A DNA stretch of 64,000 nt from an uncultured Verrucomicrobiae bacterium (lineage in GTDB: Bacteria > Verrucomicrobiota > Verrucomicrobiia > Limisphaerales > JAFGQR01): contig CAWBHS010000088.1 of NCBI GenBank assembly GCA_963788655.1, positions 96,001 through 160,000 of the forward strand, read 5' to 3'. Within the stretch, counting starts at the first letter, position 1. Each line of letters opens with the position of its first letter. Of the stretch, positions 60,190 to 64,000 are shown one piece after another. Below the pieces are notes generated by a model. It saw nothing but the letters and a program-made list of their open reading frames with translations, was not told where the DNA came from and did not search any database. The translations under genes were made by a program, and so were the position numbers.

Positions 60190-61353
60190 TCACGACTTGG
60201 CTGGTTTTCCCCGCACGAACACCTGAAGTGTCTTCAACCGTTTATACTTGGTAAACTCAAGCACGCAGAAATCCGCCGGGGCACCCACGCTTAAAGGAGG
60301 CGGAAAACCCATCAGCTTTGCCGGCGTCTCGCTAAAACGCCGCCAGGTATCCTGCCAGTCGCACCGCAACATTTCGGTGGCACGCAGGACCGCATCCAGG
60401 GGCGAAACCGCGGAGCCAGCGAGATTGCCCGTGCCGGGCAGCCGCACCGCTTTGTCCTGGCCGACTTCCAATTCTAAACGTCCCAGCGTGTAGGTGCCGG
60501 CCGGCAGTCCCGCCGCCGCCATGGCATCGGAAATGTAATAGACCGAGTCCGGCCCCAGTACGCGATGAATCAGCCGAAACAACGGCGGCGACACGTGAAT
60601 CCGGTCGGGGATCAGACTCACAATCAATCCGGGCGTATCCAGTACGCGCCAGATGATGTTGTCGCTGCGATTCAGCATCGGTGGGCAGGCGTTGCCCAAA
60701 TGGGTAAACGCCGTCGCGCCCGCTTGGACGGCTTTCTTGAGCCAGGCTTGGGAAACGTTGGTATGGCCCAAACTAACTTTCATGCCCAACTGAACGGCCA
60801 GGCGAATCGCGGCAATGGCGTCCGCGCTGGCGGGCGAAAGAGTTAATAGCACCGGATCACTGCCGGTGAGATTCCGGATTTCGCGAATGTGTTTGGGCGT
60901 GACCGGAATCATGGCGGCGGCATCGTGGGCGCCGCAATAACCCGGTTCCGCCGAAAGAAACGGTCCTTCCAAATGCCAGCCGGCGATGGCATGCCGCAAT
61001 TCGGCGGAACGTGCGCGCAACCGGCGCAGGCGTTCGAGCCTGGCCGTCATGCGCGGCCAGGCGTCGGTCATCAGGGTAAGGAAAAATTGCGCGCAACCAG
61101 TGGATTGGAGCCGGCGCGCCGCCAACAAAAGCTGTTTTTGTGTGATCGCATCCTGCTGAAAATCCACTCCGGCGAAACCATTGATCTGCAAATCGAGCAG
61201 CGGCGGCGCGACCCAGCGGTGAGCCGGAACTTTGCCGGAATACGGTTCCAGGGCCGTGATGGCGCCGTTCTGCCAGCGAAGTCGGACGGGCTCGTGGGTG
61301 GCGTAGTGGCGCGCCTTGATTTCGGATTGTGGTGTTGCGCTGCGACCGTTCAT
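60190..61353 (-). CDS. nagA: N-acetylglucosamine-6-phosphate deacetylase
   Basis: DLQINGFAGVDF, HLEGPF, GAH, GHT, THLGNA, SDAM, LAGS. Confidence 0.85.
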   Translation of the reverse strand: MNGRSATPQSEIKARHYATHEPVRLRWQNGAITALEPYSGKVPAHRWVAPPLLDLQINGFAGVDFQQDAITQKQLLLAARRLQSTGCAQFFLTLMTDAWPRMTARLERLRRLRARSAELRHAIAGWHLEGPFLSAEPGYCGAHDAAAMIPVTPKHIREIRNLTGSDPVLLTLSPASADAIAAIRLAVQLGMKVSLGHTNVSQAWLKKAVQAGATAFTHLGNACPPMLNRSDNIIWRVLDTPGLIVSLIPDRIHVSPPLFRLIHRVLGPDSVYYISDAMAAAGLPAGTYTLGRLELEVGQDKAVRLPGTGNLAGSAVSPLDAVLRATEMLRCDWQDTWRRFSETPAKLMGFPPPLSVGAPADFCVLEFTKYKRLKTLQVFVRGKPAKS

Positions 61354-61444
61354 TGATGTTGCCAACCGTCGTTGGTTAGTCCGCGTTTGGTCAAGATTTT
61401 CCGGATGGCTAACTCCATCTCGCGTTTAAGATGAGACTACCACC

Positions 61445-61513
61445 GGAGCGCGGACATTCCGGTCCGCTTGCGCAACCCAATCCCCGCCGAGCGGGCAGGA
61501 ATGCCCGCGCTCC
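61445..61513. repeat. REPIN family G (GGAGCGCGG...)
   Basis: ggagcgcggacattccggtccgc and gcgggcaggaatgcccgcgctcc form an imperfect inverted repeat. Confidence 0.75.
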
Positions 61514-61614
61514 AGTTCAATTCCGCATTCGGCTTAACTTGAAAGCGAAATGGAATATGACCTACGGGAACAGCCGCGACGGTTGTCTTACGTGGGCGCG
61601 TGCGCCGCGCGCTG

Positions 61615-61730
61615 GTAGGACAGGCGTCTCGCCTGTCTCGGACTTGGCCACCGCGTCCGTTTGCATATCAAACGTTCAGCAATCCGAGGACATTGCTGGA
61701 CGTTCGCGACAGCCGGGACGGCTGTCCTAC
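61615..61730. repeat. Family B GTAG REPIN (116 bp); extra degenerate arm at about 61570-61591
   Basis: gtaggacaggcgtctcgcctgtctc ... gacagccgggacggctgtcctac. Confidence 0.85.
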
Positions 61731-61803
61731 CCGGGCACGGATGGGAAGCGGTTTGGGAGACTGCTTGCATTCTGGCGCAAAACTGACCAAACATAAGCAG
61801 ATT

Positions 61804-62628
61804 ATGACTGGTAGCGAAGTGCCCCGAATAGCGAAGTGGCCATTTATTGCCGGTGATCTGCTCCTGGTGGGCGTCGCCGTGTGGATCGTGAACCATTACG
61901 CGCCGCCCCTCGAAATGTGGGCGTTGTTTTGTCTGACGGCTTGCGTGGCGATTGGGGCGTGGTTGGCGGTGACGCCGTTCCTGGTCCAATACCAGGCCAC
62001 GTTGAAGTTCGCCGAAGCCGACGCCCTCACGACGGCCGTCGAGCAGATCAACAGCGTGCGCACGCTGGCGAACCAGATCAGTTTTGCCACGGCCCAATGG
62101 CAGGTCGTCCAGGAGCATGCCGGCCGCACGGTCGAGGAAGCCCGCAGCATCGGTGAAAAGATGACCGAAGAAGCCCGGGCGTTCGGCGAATTCATGGCCA
62201 AGGCGAATGACCGGGAAAAGGGGCATTTGCGGTTGGAAGTGGACAAGCTGCGCCGGGGTCAGGAGGAATGGTTGCAGGTGCTGGTCGGATTGCTCGATCA
62301 CGTTTTTGCTCTCTATCGCGCCGGGTTGGGATCGGGACAGGAGAATTTGGTCAATCAACTGACGAATTACCAGATGGCCTGTCGGGACATGGTGCGCCGC
62401 TTGGGGCTGATTCCTTTCGAGGCCCAAACGCAGGAACCGTTCAACCGCGAAAGCCATCAATTGACCGATCCTCAGGCCAGCCCGCCGGACGGGTCCCACG
62501 TCACCGAAACCCTGGCCACCGGTTACACTTTCCAGGGCCAGCTTCTCCGCCGGGCGGTGGTCAAGACGGAGGCGTCCCCGTTACCCGCCCCGGAAGAAGA
62601 GGCGACGGTACCGTTGGGCAACAGTTGA
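61804..62628 (+). CDS. Membrane-anchored GrpE-like protein
   Basis: Two N-terminal TM segments, a coiled coil, and a GrpE head: EPFNRESHQ...[14 protein letters not shown]. Confidence 0.75.
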   Translation: MTGSEVPRIAKWPFIAGDLLLVGVAVWIVNHYAPPLEMWALFCLTACVAIGAWLAVTPFLVQYQATLKFAEADALTTAVEQINSVRTLANQISFATAQWQVVQEHAGRTVEEARSIGEKMTEEARAFGEFMAKANDREKGHLRLEVDKLRRGQEEWLQVLVGLLDHVFALYRAGLGSGQENLVNQLTNYQMACRDMVRRLGLIPFEAQTQEPFNRESHQLTDPQASPPDGSHVTETLATGYTFQGQLLRRAVVKTEASPLPAPEEEATVPLGNS

Positions 62629-62701
62629 AGCCGACGTCCCGCCCCAGCCGCCAGCCTTCGTCCGCTTGTGGAATGTGGCTAAATCGGCTACTTTTACAGC
62701 C

Positions 62702-63406
62702 ATGAGCATCTGGATTCCAAGCGCCCGCCGCCGCGCATTTACGCTTATTGAGCTGTTGGTCGTGATCGCGATCATCTCCATCCTGGCGGGATTGCTGTTG
62801 CCGGCGCTTTCCCGCGCCAAGGGCAAAGCCATGCGCATTTCCTGCATTAACAATCTCAAGCAAGTGGGGATCGGGTTTCGGATGTGGGCGGACGACAATG
62901 GTGACCGTTTTCCTTGGCAGATTTCCGAGACCCAAGGAGGCACCCGTGGTGTTTCCGAGGCTTGGCGACATTACCAATTGGTCCGAAATGAATTTGTCAG
63001 TCCGCGAATTTTGCGCTGTCCCAGCGATCGTGATGCCGAAGAAGCGCTCGATTTTTCCGACGATGCGAATGACGGCTTTGGTGGACTGAAAGATCGAGCG
63101 CTGAGCTATTTCGTCGCGCCGGAAGCGGAACAGAGCCGCGTGTTCGCGCACGTGGCCGGAGACCGTAATGTGCGGGGAACCGAGGAGCAAATCTGCCAGG
63201 TCAGCGGGATTTTGGACCGGGTGATTACCTGGCTGAATCCCAACACCAAAATCTATTGGGACGGCAAGGTTCACCAGCATGCCGGCAACATGGTTCTGAT
63301 GGACGGCAGCGCCCATCAACTGTCGCAGAATTCCTTGATCGAGCAGATGCGGGAAACCGGCGATGGTAACCTGAGCAATTGCATTCTCAAGCCGCGCGCG
63401 GAATAG
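62702..63406 (+). CDS. Prepilin-type N-terminal cleavage / H-X9-DG domain protein
   Basis: [48 protein letters not shown]. Confidence 0.92.
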   Translation: MSIWIPSARRRAFTLIELLVVIAIISILAGLLLPALSRAKGKAMRISCINNLKQVGIGFRMWADDNGDRFPWQISETQGGTRGVSEAWRHYQLVRNEFVSPRILRCPSDRDAEEALDFSDDANDGFGGLKDRALSYFVAPEAEQSRVFAHVAGDRNVRGTEEQICQVSGILDRVITWLNPNTKIYWDGKVHQHAGNMVLMDGSAHQLSQNSLIEQMRETGDGNLSNCILKPRAE

Positions 63407-63430
63407 GGGCGAAATCCGAAGGCGAAGTTT

Positions 63431-63467
63431 GCCCCTCACCCTAACCCTCTCCCCAAGGAGAGGGAAC
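63431..63467. repeat. REP family E
   Basis: gcccctcaccctaaccctctccccaaggagagggaac hairpin; inverted copy at 49453-49493. Confidence 0.75.
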
Positions 63468-63630
63468 AGCCAGGGGGACCGTCGATCAATTCGAGCATTC
63501 CCTGCGCATTCACCGCCACAGGCGCCTTCGTCCAAAACGGATCGAAGGTCGATTTCGGTTTTCGGTATTTCCTTTGCCATTGCGACAGTCATCGCCAATA
63601 TCAGCGGCGGTCCTGAACCCGTTCCGCAGC

Positions 63631-64000
63631 ATGGTTATGAAGAAGACAACACGACAAGCACCGGCAACCTTCACCGAAACCTTGCTCAGTTCCGAGCACA
63701 ATACGCGCTTCGAGCAATGGCAAATCACCTCCAGCAAATTGCGGCTCAAACCGCTGCGACCATTTTCGGTCAAGAAACTGACCCTGCACGGCGGCAAACA
63801 GGAAGGGGTGGAACTGGTTATCATTGATAACGGCAAGTTGCAGATCACGCTTATCCCCACGCGCGGCATGGGCGTGCGCGAGGTGAGAATGGGCGACGTC
63901 CGGTTGGGTTGGGATTCGCCGATCAAGGAAGTCGTGCATCCGCAGTTCGTCAATCTGCCGACGCGCGGTGGCCTCGGCTGGCTGGACGGTTTCAACGAAT
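63631..64000 (+). CDS. Aldose 1-epimerase-like DUF4432 protein (runs off the window)
   Basis: Open frame from ATG 63631: LHGGKQEGV...DNGKL...PTRGMG...LGWDSPIKEVVHP...GGLGWLDGFNE. Confidence 0.85.
   Translation, partial: MVMKKTTRQAPATFTETLLSSEHNTRFEQWQITSSKLRLKPLRPFSVKKLTLHGGKQEGVELVIIDNGKLQITLIPTRGMGVREVRMGDVRLGWDSPIKEVVHPQFVNLPTRGGLGWLDGFNE

Overview
GC-rich bacterial chromosomal window. Gene content suggests Verrucomicrobiota (inference from TIGR03790, a prepilin H-X9-DG protein and a secreted RCC1 protein ending in FYRV). Several conserved genes carry scattered single-base frameshifts (polX, actC/D/E, glmS, recN), most likely long-read or assembly errors. Layout: (i) 1-12.6 kb, housekeeping/accessory genes (ABM monooxygenase, PolX-PHP, NatAB-type ABC transporter with fused CPBP protease, a large Tat protein, TlpA lipoprotein, PLP decarboxylase). 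(ii) 12.8-15.8 kb, an AT-richer integron-type cassette array with five attC-like sites whose core boxes chain by complementarity, mostly with non-canonical GTTCG cores, and no integrase in the window (CALIN). (iii) 17.5-47.4 kb, a general-stress/respiration region: a TPP oxidase-PfpI-enolase-FAD/FeS dehydrogenase-ASRT operon, pqiA-pqiB-pqiA, cax, BON, dodecin, small stress DUFs, a complete alternative complex III plus caa3 oxidase operon, and a NarL regulator with a sensor-less kinase. (iv) 47.9-51.7 kb, an RCC1 protein, a collapsed type I restriction-modification remnant and two orphan genes. (v) glmS, glgC, recN, MBL hydrolase, TIGR03790, nagA, GrpE-like, prepilin-type and DUF4432 genes. At least seven REP/REPIN-like palindromic families plus heptamer-repeat inverted elements are dispersed throughout, some inside coding sequence. 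No tRNA, rRNA or CRISPR array was recognised.
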